DNA of 64,000 nt, from positions 50,593,815 to 50,657,814 of the forward strand of contig NC_058368.1 of the NCBI RefSeq assembly GCF_018350175.1. Reading direction: 5' to 3'. How positions within the stretch are numbered: position 1 is the first letter of the stretch; each line of letters begins with the position of its first letter. The notes below the pieces were generated by a model. It made no database searches. It was given only the letters and a program-made list of their open reading frames with translations, and was not told the origin of the DNA. The translations under genes were made by a program, and so were the position numbers. Below, one piece after another: positions 51,224 through 63,231 of the stretch. This DNA is from Felis catus (lineage: Eukaryota).

Positions 51224-52949
51224 CCTGATACGCATGTGGGTAAGTGAAACATCTAGGAATATCTTGTAACTGCCTTTGCCCTGATGCAATTGAAAGCTCT
51301 CCTGTGTGGATCAGTAATTCCCAAAGGAGGTTGATCATCAAAACTATGTGAGAATTTTTCAAAGTACATATTCTCATATCCTGCTCCTGGATATTCTGAT
51401 TTCATAAACTTGAGGGGGCTCCAAAGAACTTGAGTTGCCATGTAACATCCCAAGTTATGAACAATCCAATATGGTTGGGAACCAATGGTTGAAGTTAACA
51501 TTGTGGTGACAACATGTCTCATGAGGCAATTGTGAGGTCTGATGCAGAATTTGTTCCTATCCATTCCAGTTTCCAGAATGATTTTTTTTAACATTAGTTG
51601 AATAAATTGATTTAACTAATTCAGACATGAGATAAAAATAGTTTATAGAAAAAAATGTATTGTCTACTATTTATAATTACTCTTACTGGCTTTTGGTTTC
51701 ACATCCTAATATTTCCAAAATAAAATTTATCAAATAAACAAGAATATTGACCTTTTGGATTTGTTATAAATTTACTAGTATCTTTTTAAGCGGAGAGAAT
51801 GAGTGACTTTGACCTGTCTGTCCAAACCACCCAGCCTGAGCCCTTTAGTTTGGTGAACAAACCAAAGACTGGCCCCTTCAGGGAAGGGCAGTGTTCCCAA
51901 CTCTTCCCCAGAGCCTGAATACCATTAGTGTGAGACCTAAAACACATCTGTTTTTCCTTATGAAATTCAAACAATTGCCTAACCTCTTGACTCTTAAGTA
52001 AAATGTTCAAGGGCTCGCATGACAATACTTTGTCATATATAACAAATCTGTTGTGTATAATGAATCCGTTGTAATAATATAATCTGTTGTATATAAAGAA
52101 ACTTAAACTGTTTTGCTAAAGAGGGGAAGAGGGGTATAAATAAATGCCTATAAAACATCTGGTTAGGATCTGCAGAAGGTTGCATTTTTTCCATGTCTCC
52201 AAAAGGTTTGTTCTATCTGTCACCCATTGCTTTGTTTGAGTTCCTGCAGGCAACAAAATCACATAGAAATACAGTGTCTGGAGTCTACTATGGCTTCCTG
52301 TTTGGCTGGAACTGTCATTGGTCTACGGACAGGCAGAAAGCAGCTGTGCAAGAATCTGTATTTAGAATAGTGTCGCTTGATAGAAACCAGTGCAACTCTC
52401 AGGTCTCTACAACACATCTCTGCTGCAATACTGTACAGTGTGCAAATTTGGTTTTCCAAGATTCAATTCTAGAAGTTTACTGGGGTTGTGTCAACAACAG
52501 AGGGAAAAGGTAAGGTGAAAAGATTCAGGGAAAAAAAACACCAGTGCTTTATAGTTTGCTCAGATGTAACTAATTACGTGCCAGAATGATTTATCTCGCT
52601 TTAATTTGATGCATGTGGGTGTATATGTGTGTGAAGAATTTAAAGGATGGAAACACTTCAGCCACTCAAAACTGAAAAACCTACGTATTTGGAGCGTGAC
52701 ACATTTTGAATTAATTACATGAAAATAAATTTCAGTTAGTTTCATCTCACAGATACTTTCTATACGTTTATCAGCACATGAAAGTGAATACTAACATATA
52801 GGGGAAAATACATAGTCAAGATGGCTTAAAATGCTCAATTTTAAGCAAGACCTTAGAGAACATACTTGAAGAATAATAATAGTAATAGCTTCGTTTCAAA
52901 GGTCATAAAAGTTTAGAAATTTAAGTTTTATAAGCCTGTATTTTCTTAA

Positions 52950-53140
52950 CTAATATACATTGAACATTTACTATAAGTCAGGGTGCTTTGTGAGGATCAA
53001 CTAATTTAAATTTCCCTGCATTGCATTATAATGGGATTATTCTACCCATTTTGTGGGTGAGGAAATCAAGGCTCAGAATGATTAATACCTTGAACAAAGT
53101 CAGCTTGTAAGTAACAGAGGATTCACCCTCCAGGCTTTTA
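52950..53140. mobile_element. MIR fragment
   Basis: 'cccattttgtgggtgaggaaatcaaggctcaga'. Confidence 0.65.
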
Positions 53141-54244
53141 ACCTCTCTCTGTCCCTAAATTAATTCCAGTGTCTGAATTATGTAAATTCACTTCATTTTA
53201 AGTGTTTAAACCCCACCAGGCCACCTGAGAGGCAAAAATATGCTTGTACTTCATGCTCAGCACAAACCAGTACAGCTTTGACCTGTGTTCTCTCTACCCT
53301 GTGTCTATTAATATTGGTAGAAAATGAGTGGTGATTTTTAAAAAATCACATATTTTTGCATAACAAAATTTTTCTATGAAAAATTGTCAGGGAATGGATT
53401 TAACTATTTACTGAATGATTCAAATGGGAGCTATCTAAGTCATTGCATTCTAAATTAACATGCAAAGTGACGTTGATGCTTAGCGTGCCTAAAATTCAAA
53501 AAGAGGAAGGAAAAAATTCTTGATTAGATAGACATTTCAGTCAGTTATTCGAGTTGGCTGGATTTTTTTCATGAAATTGCTTTGTTGATTTATTATTTGT
53601 ATTGGTGTGATGTAAACAGAGTATGTAATAATAGCTAAAATTTAATACAGCTTTAAATGTGTTAAACCACAGCAATATAAAGATGGAAGGGTTCTTATCA
53701 ATCAGTGAACCTCACGCAACACAGGGGCCCCTGTACAATGATTTATAGTCTAATCATTAAATACATGAGGAACCCGAGCCTGAGCTCATTTAAGTGATTC
53801 AAGGTCAGAAAAGGGTTAGGCCTCCGTCTTCCCAACTCTCAGTCCACTGTTCTTAATGTAATTGTGTTTCCTCACAGTGGCCTCTGCTTTACTGAATTAA
53901 TGTTGTATACAGTCAGCTACCGAATGGCACCAAAATATGAAAGGCAAAAATATCTGTATATGAAGTGAGATACAAGGTAGACTCTAAAGGGCATTCCATT
54001 TGGTATTCAAAAGTACTTAGTTTGAATCCCGTGTTCTCTATGACTTTACAACAGTACCCTTCTCCTGCCAAGCAGTGTGACACCCCCACATGTGTACAAA
54101 CACGCAAATCACAAAACTAACCTCCCATCCTGTATTCACCCTGTTTGTAGCTCCCAATCCCCTGATGTAATCCCCCTACTGTACCCATTGTTTTTTCTAC
54201 AAGCACAGTGGTGGCATTTCCAGGATCTTTAAAACTTTATTTTT

Positions 54245-54434
54245 GGGGCACCTGGGTGGCTCCGTCAGTTAAGCACCAGACTTTGGCTCAGGTCATGACC
54301 TCAAGGTTCATGGGTTTGAACCCCACGTGGGGCTCTGGGCTGACAGCTCAGAGCCTGGAGTCTCATGCTTCAGTTTCTGTGTCTCCTTCTCTCTGCCCCT
54401 CCCCCCCCCCAAATAAATAAACATTAAAAAAATG
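54245..54434 (+). mobile_element. Can-SINE (CT tract deleted, C-run)
   Basis: TSD aaactttattt. Confidence 0.94.
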
Positions 54435-55199
54435 TTTAAACTTTATTTGCATCTCCCGGAAAGAAAGCAATCCTGGTCATAAGGAATAAATGGGTGCTAT
54501 CAGGGTCAAGACAGTAAGCAGCAGATTCCATAAGACCCATGATCAGAAATAATGGGGTTGACCAGATGCACAGGCAACATAAGCCATGTTCCTAAAGCTG
54601 TGCGAATAGCAGGGATGGGCTCCAATACACAATTCAGAACTTCTCACAAATTCTGAGTCCCTCAATACTTGCTTCCAAATTCCATCCAGTTGAAGCTGTT
54701 ACAATTTACTAAAACTCTATTTTATTCAATTCTTAAGTAATAAAAGTGATTTAATAAAGAAATATAAGCTCTTACACCCAAGTCCCTATCATTATTAGAT
54801 TCTCATTCAAGTTAATGGCTTTGATTATTTGTGATGCAGAACAACCCATGTGGGAGTGAAGCTTAAATTGAGCTTGGTGTCATGTAGTTGTTCTTTGCAG
54901 TTGGAGATGCTGCTGATACTGGCATTGTTTCCTACGCTAAGCTTCTTACCATTAGCTGTATTTCTCCATGACCTGTTTTTTTAGCTGAACTTGGATGTAT
55001 CTTTCAGCACTGTTTGCATTAACTTGTTACATTGGAGATTAATGACAACTTGAGTAAATGTTAGTCTGTAGCTAGAGGCATTTTAAGGTAATCATAGTTT
55101 CTAAAGCTGTATTTTCCCTAGGGTCTATGTCACAGTGAGGGTGTCATTAAGGGCATCATTCATATTAGCAGCGTTAGGGCTTTAAAGATATTATTGGCT

Positions 55200-55255
55200 G
55201 CCTTCTTGTTCCCTGAGTTCCCTTCTTGTTCCCTTCTGATTCCCTTCTTGTTCCC
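55200..55255. repeat. Short imperfect tandem repeat (ttcccttcttg-like unit)
   Basis: ccttcttgttccc occurs three times. Confidence 0.75.
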
Positions 55256-55589
55256 AAGGGTCTTCCTTGGGAACCAAGTCCACCATAAAGGGCGTGAGGC
55301 TATTAATTTTACTCTTTCCTCAGCTACCGTGAAAGCAAAGTACTGTCTGTTCTAAGGTATTATTTCTATCCTGCATGTGTTCACTTTCTTTAGAGTCATC
55401 TTTTAGATGTCAGTATTTTTTAAGCAGTTTTACACAGGATACTAGAGACAATTTAGTGGTTTCCTACTTCTGATAATTTCTGAAAATCTATGGTTGTAAA
55501 TTGTTCATCAGGGGGCTCATTTAGAGTGTTTCAGATGGATTTCCCATACTTTCTTGTGCATCCTACAACTGACATAACTGGGAAATGTG

Positions 55590-55825
55590 CCACAGTGGAT
55601 GGAAGAGGCCTGGATCTGGAAGCCAGCCACGATTGCCCAAGCTCTGCAGTGCTGCTCACTAGACCTGTGGCCCTAAGAATTCTACTGTACCCATTTGAGC
55701 TAAACTCCTCCACCTATTCAACCCATGTATCAAACACCAACTTCATAGGATGGTTGTGGGACTAGAATTGAACAACGCAGGTGAAAGTGCCTAGCACAAA
55801 GAAAGCATTTAATAATTGTGGCTAA
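55590..55825. mobile_element. MIR
   Basis: 'cttcataggatggttgtggg...gtgaaagtgcctagcaca'. Confidence 0.65.
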
Positions 55826-56114
55826 ACAAATAATGATGATATTTAAAAATACTTTAATTTACAGCCCACATTTATAAAGAGTCATTATATTGGTCCTTCT
55901 GCATCATTTGAGGCAGGTGGTTAACATTATGATTTCAACATTAGCCTGGGGAAAGCAAGTCTAAAAGGAATTAAAGGATATTAAATTCTTTATTAAATAT
56001 GAAAGGAGTGAAATTCATAAGCACTCAAAACCAAGCCTTCTGATTTTCACCTTTACATTTGTTTGAGGTGTGACTCAAGTAAGCAACTAATAAGTGTTGA
56101 CTGAATAGCCATAT

Positions 56115-56745
56115 CTTTTTAAAAACTCTTTATTATAGAAAAATTCAAATGAACACAAGAGTAGATAGAATAATATAATGAATCTCCAAATACCTTTCAC
56201 CTAAATTCAACAATTTTCAATATTTTTCCACTTGTTGCTGTGCGTTGCCCTGTTTATTTTTATTTTGGCTCTTTTAAAGAAATTTTCAGGCATAATTTCA
56301 TTTCACTCATAAATACCTTAGTATGCACAATAACTTTTAAGGAATTTTTTATTGTATCCACCATTCCTGGATCTTGTCTGATAATTTTTTTTTAAAGCCT
56401 TGCTGTTGTTCAAATTTTGCTCATTTATCTCAATGAATTTTCTTTCATTTGGGTGATTTGTTTGAACTGAAATTAAAACAAAATCTACACATTGCATTTG
56501 TTTTTGTAACTGTTAAAGATCTTTTATTCTGTGAAATTTATCTTTCATTTTGATTTCATGTCATTGGTTTATTAGAGATACTTGGTTTTTTTTTATTCCA
56601 AGACATAGAGAATTGTGCACATTCTGAATTGAGCTGATTGCTTCCTAATGGTGCCATTTAACTTGCTCTTCTGTCAACCCAGTGTTCCCACTAACCACTG
56701 TTTAGATGCAGATTCTTGATTAGATTCTGATTCAGATTTTTAGGT
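56115..56745 (-). mobile_element. Old L1ME-type 3' fragment
   Basis: 'tttattatagaaaaattcaaat..acacaagagtagatagaataatataatgaa'. Confidence 0.7.
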
Positions 56746-58456
56746 GTCAGGGATGATTAACACCTCCTTGTTCTGAAGCTTGGTTTCTAGCCCCTCACTC
56801 CCCATATGCATTTCTTGTTGATTTCCACTGATTCATTTCTTATTTCATCCTGACTTCATCTATTGGTGGCTTTACTCCTTCTCAGAATATGACATTTCTA
56901 CTTTAGTTCTCTAGTAGTGGCTCTCATGTTGCCAGTCCCTACTGCAGTTTTGCCTTTCTCTGGCTCTAGTTTGTAGCATATGCCATCCCCTTTTCTTCAC
57001 AAAGCGTCTTGGAGGGTCTTCCTAGTATTTTCACCTAGGACCTTAATTATAATGGAACATACACAGGTGTCTGAATATTTAGAATATATTTAGAATCTAT
57101 CCCTCAGGGGACATGTTTTATTCTGTTTGTCTCCCACATCTTACCCTCTACAAACTCCAGAAATTTCTCTATATAGTGCTCTCCTATCAACACCTTACCC
57201 TGAAAATTCTACCTGCCACGGTCTCCTTTGACACCCACCTCTATCTCCCCCATTCAGTGTGTTCATTGAACTCTGCCTGGATTTCCTCTCCCTGAACCAT
57301 GGCCTGGAAACTCTCCAGGCAATAAGCTGATAGAATTGTAGAGCTCACTGAAATTGTTTCCCATCTCTAAGGAATTCTTATCCTTCCTTGTCAGTTATAT
57401 TTAGTGTCTTAACAAGCATTGCATCATTCATTTTGTCTGTATCTTAGTTATCTGGTCTGTGTTACTCCAGATTTAAAGCAGAAGTCTCTAGTCTGTTATG
57501 GGAAGACTTTGGGATCAAGCTTTGTAATAATAAGGGGATATTTCACTGGTGATCTAAATCACTGAAGGAAATTCTGTTTTGCTTTATTTTAAACCATGAG
57601 AACAAGATGAGAAATGGCAAGGATAAATTGTAAAGCTGGGTAGAGTACTAGAATTTTCTGTTCCTATTTTGATAAGGTTGTGGTTGTTTTTCTTGTGTGC
57701 TTTATGACTCAGGCTAATGGTGGAATTTAAGTACAGTGTGAGGGACTTGACAGATGTGATAAAACTAACTGTGGCAACTGACTATTTGGAAACAGACAAC
57801 ACCAATGAGGACCAGGCAGAGACTGGACTGAGGTTCCCAACCTCAAGCCACAGCACAAAGGTTCTGGGAGCCCTTATGGGGCGGGGGCGGCTCCTTGCCT
57901 CATCTCCAAATGAATGCTGAAATGACATTTAGAATCATAACTGTGTTCTCCTCTATAGTCCCAACATTTGCTATTTTTCTCCATAGGAAAAAATATGTAC
58001 ACATTAAAAATTCATAGTTATATGAATTGTGAAACATAGCAATGATTTTATTTGTTTTGTAGCAGTGCAAAATAGACAAATACTTATAAAGATAGAAAAT
58101 AAAATCACAAAAACAAACAAAAATGATGAACAATAACACAACTACCAATGATGCTTTAATTGCACCATCACATCCACATAAACCTGTTTATTCATTTCCA
58201 TACCATACATCTTAGACATACTTTGTTTTTGCTTTCCTCTTTTCTTTAATATTTAGACATTTTATCTAGCTTGTTTCTAAATGTGATATACTTTCTAAAC
58301 AGCTATAATTATTTGGAAACAAACAAAATCAGAAGCTTCTAATAAAAAAGTTCCTAGAAAATTAGGATACATGAATAAGTAATATATATTTGAAACTATT
58401 GCTTTTGGAGTCAAAACGAATTTTGCGATGGAACTGTTAGAGATAAATGATATTGC

Positions 58457-58628
58457 AGGCGCACCTGCGTGGCTCAGTGGGTTAAAGATCCTACTCTTGA
58501 TTTTGGCTTAGGTCATGATCTCACAGTTCATGGGATCAAGCCCCACCCCAGGCTCTGCACTGACCACACGGAGCCTGCTTGGGATTCTCTCTCTCCCCGT
58601 CTCTGTCTGTCCCTTCCCCACTTGCTCT

Positions 58629-58674
<46 letters not shown>

Positions 58675-58694
58675 ATAAATAAACATTTTTTTTT
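58457..58694 (+). mobile_element. Can-SINE inside the transposase fossil
   Basis: SINE body, (CT)n, tail. Confidence 0.94.
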
Positions 58695-58709
58695 AATGAT
58701 CTTATTTCA

Positions 58710-58920
58710 GGGTTGCCTGGGTGGCTTAGTCAGTTAAGTATCCAACTTCAGCTCAGGTCATGATCTCACAGTTCGTGAGTTGGAGCCCCATGTCAGGCTC
58801 TGTGCTCACAGCTCAGAGCCTGGAGACTGCTTCAGATTCTGTGTCTTCCTCCCTCTCTGCCCCTCCCCTGCTTGCACTCTGTCTCTCTGTCTCTCTCAAA
58901 ATTAAATAAAACATTAAAAA
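58710..58920 (+). mobile_element. Can-SINE inside the transposase fossil
   Basis: gggttgcctgggtggcttag head, A-tail. Confidence 0.94.
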
Positions 58921-60000
58921 ATGATTTAATTGCAAAAAACATATCCAAGGAGTTGGAAGAAACCTAAAATTCAGAGTTGAAAAATATTTGTTGGGAAATG
59001 GTGTTTACTGTTAAAAGAGTATGATGAGTCTATTTCATTTGTAAACAAAAGCACTTTTTTTCATTTGTTGGAAATGAGGGGTAAGAAAAAAATATTTTTA
59101 TTTACAAGCTCACAGGTTGATTTGAACAATTTTCTAGGCAGAAAAATAATAGTATCCAAATAATACAGAATGTGTGAATGATTGTTTCCCTTACCTCAAT
59201 AGAGTTCATGCAACAAACGACGGGGCAACAGTGGAATGGCTGTCAATTAGTATCAGAGGTTCTCATAAAGCATCGAAGATTATCTTAATTAAAGAGAGCA
59301 TTTCAATTTTAGTTTTATTGGAAAGATGACTGAGACCAATCTCAACAGAGATACAAGATTTTATCTGCAGTAAATCATAGTTGATTTTAACATAATTGAG
59401 CAGGCAGAAATGTAATAGTACTGATAACACGAGTGGAACATTTAATAGTTTCCCCAAAGTTTATGAAGAGAGATAGAAGACCTTTATATATGCACTGCCA
59501 TGATCACCATTTAATTTGGATGAGATTCTATCACCGAGTAGAACTCCAAAATTCTGTGAATATTGATAATTCTTTCAACAACAGTATTCAGATACCTGCA
59601 AAGAGATTGGCAATATTTCAATACATTATAAGCCAAGCAAACATAATATATTGAAGAACCTATGCAGCTTATAAAAATAGGTTGAACGGCATGTTAACAG
59701 ACACTGCAGCCCTGTCTCAAAAATTTCAATATATATTGAAATATTGGAAGTGGCATCAATGAATATTTCAGATACACAGGTGGCTGGTGAATTAAATTGT
59801 TTGCTGAATTTGCTTTCCAAATGAGAAATTGTTAGATCTCTAAAGAAATTAGCACATGTTAAGTACAAGGGACTTCAAAATAAAGCTATTTTTATTTAAA
59901 ACTGAAATAATTCTGTACTATTTATCATCTTAGAAAAATGGTGAATATTTCAAAACAATGTGTGACAGCAGATAAGAAACTATACTTTCTGACTTCCTTT

Positions 60001-61091
60001 GTATTTATTTATTTATATTTAATATGGAATTTATTGTCATGTTGGTTTCCATACAACACCCCAGTGCTCATCCCAACAGGTGCCTGCCTCAAAGCCTATC
60101 ACCCACCCTCCCCTCCCTCCCACCCCCAATCAACCCTCAGTTTATTCTCAGTTTTTAAGAGTCTCTTATGGTATGGCTCCCTCCCTCTCTAACTTTTTTC
60201 TTTTTTTTCCCTTCCCCTCCCCCATGGTCCTCTGTTAAGTTTCTCAGGATCCACATAAGAGTGAAAACATATGGTATCTGTCTTTCTCTGTATGACTTAT
60301 TTCACTTAGCATAACACTCTCCAGTTCCATCCACGTTGCAACAAAAGACCATATTTCATTCTTTCTCATTGCCAAGTAGTATTCCTTTGTGTATATAAAC
60401 CACAATTTCTTTATCCATTCATCAGTTGATGGACATTTAGGCTCTTTCCATAATTTGGCTATTGTTGATAGTGCTGCTGTAAACATTGGGGTACAAGTGC
60501 CCCTATGCATCAGCACTCCTGTATCCCTTGGGTAAATTCTTAGCAGTGTTATTGCTGGGTCATAGGGTAGATCTATTTTTACTTTTTTGAGGAACCTCCA
60601 CACTGTTTTCCAGAGTGGCTGCACCAGTTTGCATTCCCACCAACAGTGCAAGAGGGTTCCTGTTTCTCCACATCCTCGCCAGTATCTATAGTCTCCTGAT
60701 TTGTTCATTTTAGCCAGCATCTATAGTCTCCTGATTTGTTCATTTTAGCCACTCTGACTGGTGTGAGGTGGTATCTCAGTGTGGTTTTGATTTGTATTTC
60801 CCTGATGAGGAGTGACATTGAGCATCTTTTCATGTGCCTGTTGGCCATTTGGATGTCTTCTTGAAAGAAGTGTCTATTCATGTTTTCTGCCCATTTCTTC
60901 ACTTGATTATTTATTTATTTTTTTTTGCATGTGGAGTTTGGTGAATTCTTTATAGATTTTGGATACTAGCCCTTTGTCCGATATGTCATTTGCAAATATC
61001 TTTCCCCATTCCATCAGTTGTCTTTTAGTTTTGTTGATTGTTTCCTTTGCAGTACAGAAGCTTTGTATCTTCATGAGGTCCCAATAGTTCA
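60001..61091 (-). mobile_element. Young feline L1, 5'-truncated (~1.1 kb)
   Basis: ORF2 C-terminus '[25 protein letters not shown]...LLCGS'; 13-bp TSD tctgacttccttt (59988-60000/61092-61104). Confidence 0.97.
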
Positions 61092-61997
61092 TCTGACTTC
61101 CTTTTTAAAGCCTTGTTTGAGATTTGAAAAAAAACTTCAAAAGGAATAACATTTCTAAAATATTCCACAATATTTTTTCTTACTTCATCAGAATATTATA
61201 CAACACATATTCATATTTCTGAATGCTCTACATGGGATGAAAATGTAGTTTGAATAATAATCACATGTGTATAAAAACTGTATAGACTTCATGTCTTTTA
61301 TAGACTTAAAAAAACTTATGTAAGTTTTGGCTTTTTCATGGGACATGATCAATGATGCTCTGTGCTTTTGAGAGCTGTTGCATGTTGTGTTGTCTTGATG
61401 AATCTCGACATCTGCACAAAATGTTCATTTTCTACTTTGTGTTGCAGAAAAATACTATTCCCCACTACAAAGACAGAGGAGAGGGTCAGTGGTCTGGAAC
61501 TGAGGATTCTCGAGTAGAAATTGGCAACCAATTTATCTAGCTTGAACGGCTCTCTCTTCCTGGAGGAAAAAAATTGCAACATCAGTTTGGACAGGGATAA
61601 TACAGTATTTTCCAAAACTTAATCATAAACATTTTACACCACATTTACTTCATATACTGTCCTATTTAAATTTCCAACTTTTAATGATAAGTTTGAAATC
61701 TTCTGCTCCATTTTTGGTTTTATGCAATGTTGGCTTTTTTCAAGACAATGTGCTGGAATTAACATGTTATTTCATGAAAATAATACATTATTATTCAAGA
61801 TAATCAATTTGAAAAATTTCAACATAAAACTGCTCACAAAGCTACTTGCTTATTAGTGGTTATTCATGGAGAAATTTTTCTCTACCTGTCTGTATAATCT
61901 GCAATCTCAATTACCATTTCAATAATGCTACACTTTGGGTCTAATAATTAAAACTTTGGCAGCCCAAGCATTTTCAACTTCTGTATGCCATTTGTTC

Positions 61998-62387
61998 TGT
62001 TATGGACTAATTTGTGTCCCCTAGAAATTCGTACGTTGAAGCCCTAATCCCCAATGGGACTATATTGGAGGTAGGGCCTTTAAAGAAGTAACTAAGTTTG
62101 AATGAGGTAGTAACAGTGGGGCCCTAATCCAATATAGCTGGTGTCCTTAAGAGAAAGAGATACAAGGGGTGTGAGTGCACAGAGAAAAGGCCATCTGAGG
62201 ACACAGTGAGAAGACAGCCAAAGAGAGAGGAGAGAGGAAGCCAAACAGAGAGGCCTCAGGAGAAACCAAACCTGCTAACACCTTGACCTTGGACTTCTAG
62301 CCTCTAGAACTATAAAAGAATAAACGTCTGTTATTTATGCCTCCTAGACTGATATTTTGTTATAGTAGCTCTAGCAAACTAATCCAT
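61998..62387 (+). mobile_element. MLT1A0-like MaLR LTR
   Basis: 'tgttatggactaatttgtgtccc...gttgaagccctaatcccc...caccttgaccttggacttctagcct'. Confidence 0.88.
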
Positions 62388-63075
62388 GTCCCAACAAGTG
62401 CTAACCTCATTTTCTGTTCATTGGACTTCTATTACATGCCTGATTTATATAAGTAAATATTTCTTACCTATTTCTTATAGATATTCCCAACTGTAAAATG
62501 GGAATGCATACACCAAATAAGTGGGCTATTCATAAACTTAATAATTAGACATTTTGTCTCAATCTAGATAAATTATAATTGTTTTGAAATTAGTCTTCTT
62601 CAATCACTTCTTTTATTGCCTTAACTAGGTGTTACAGAATCAAAATCTATTCACCAAGTGTATATTTTCCCAACATATGGATTGAGTTCACAAGACATCT
62701 TGGACATCTCAGGCAAAAAAAAAATACTAAAAATGATTCTGAGTCTTGTTTTGTCTTGTATCTCTATCATGGAGTATATTTGAAGCAATTTCTATTGGTA
62801 TTCCAATTTGGGATTTGTTATCTCTGAGCTAGCCGGAAGTATCTTCACATTTTTCTCTAATATGCCCATGTAGTTTCATTTCACAACACAAAGATAAAAA
62901 ATAAGGGAAAGAACTTTATTTGATATACAGTACAGAGAAGGGAAACTACAGAAATACCTTCCTCTCACTCCCATTGATAAAGTTCAATTAATTTTTCCCA
63001 TATTTGGTCCCAAAGCAGGCTACCCTTATGTCAATGGCACTTCCCCTCCTAAGATGGAAGTTGTCAATAATAGAG

Positions 63076-63230
63076 TTTTTTAAAAATGTTTATTTGAGAG
63101 AGAGAGGGGGGAGTAGAGAGAGGGGTGGGGGGAGAGAATCCCAAGCAGGCTCCATGCTGTCAGCACAGAGCCCGAGCAGGGCTCTATCTAATGAACTGTG
63201 AGAATACCTGAGCCAAGATCAACAGACACT
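63076..63230 (-). mobile_element. Can-SINE lacking its head, cut by an L1
   Basis: 'gagaatcccaagcaggctccatgctgtcagcacagagccc...acctgagcc' then an abrupt switch. Confidence 0.85.
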
Positions 63231-63231
63231 A

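Larger units (their letters stand above)
58160..61600 (+). pseudogene. Decayed ZMYM1-like hAT-Tip100 transposase coding sequence (ZMYM1 retrocopy/duplicate or fossil of a related transposon)
   Basis: Collinear peptides FWSQNEFCDGTV (58403), GKWCLLLKEYDESISFVNKSTFFHLLEMRGK (58993), EWLSISIRGSHKASKIILIKE (~59234), PLYMHCHDHHL (~59480), IEILEVASMNISDTQVAGELNCLLNLLSK (59735), LQNKAI (~59874), CSFSTL (~61422) resemble the ZMYM1 C-terminal region as recalled; many stops and frameshifts. Confidence 0.85.

Noticed and set aside
54901..54984. Acceptor followed by a 25-aa hydrophobic ORF (MLLILALFPTLSFLPLAVFLHDLFF)
   Set aside because: Too short; expected by chance in T-rich sequence; no supporting exon structure.
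57817..57900. GC-rich patch starting CAGAGACTGG as the left TIR of the hAT fossil
   Set aside because: Only loosely similar to Tip100-type termini, and I found no matching right-hand inverted copy.
60244..60720. Longest ORF (158 aa) as a host gene
   Set aside because: It is the C-terminus of L1 ORF2 in a 5'-truncated insertion with TSDs.
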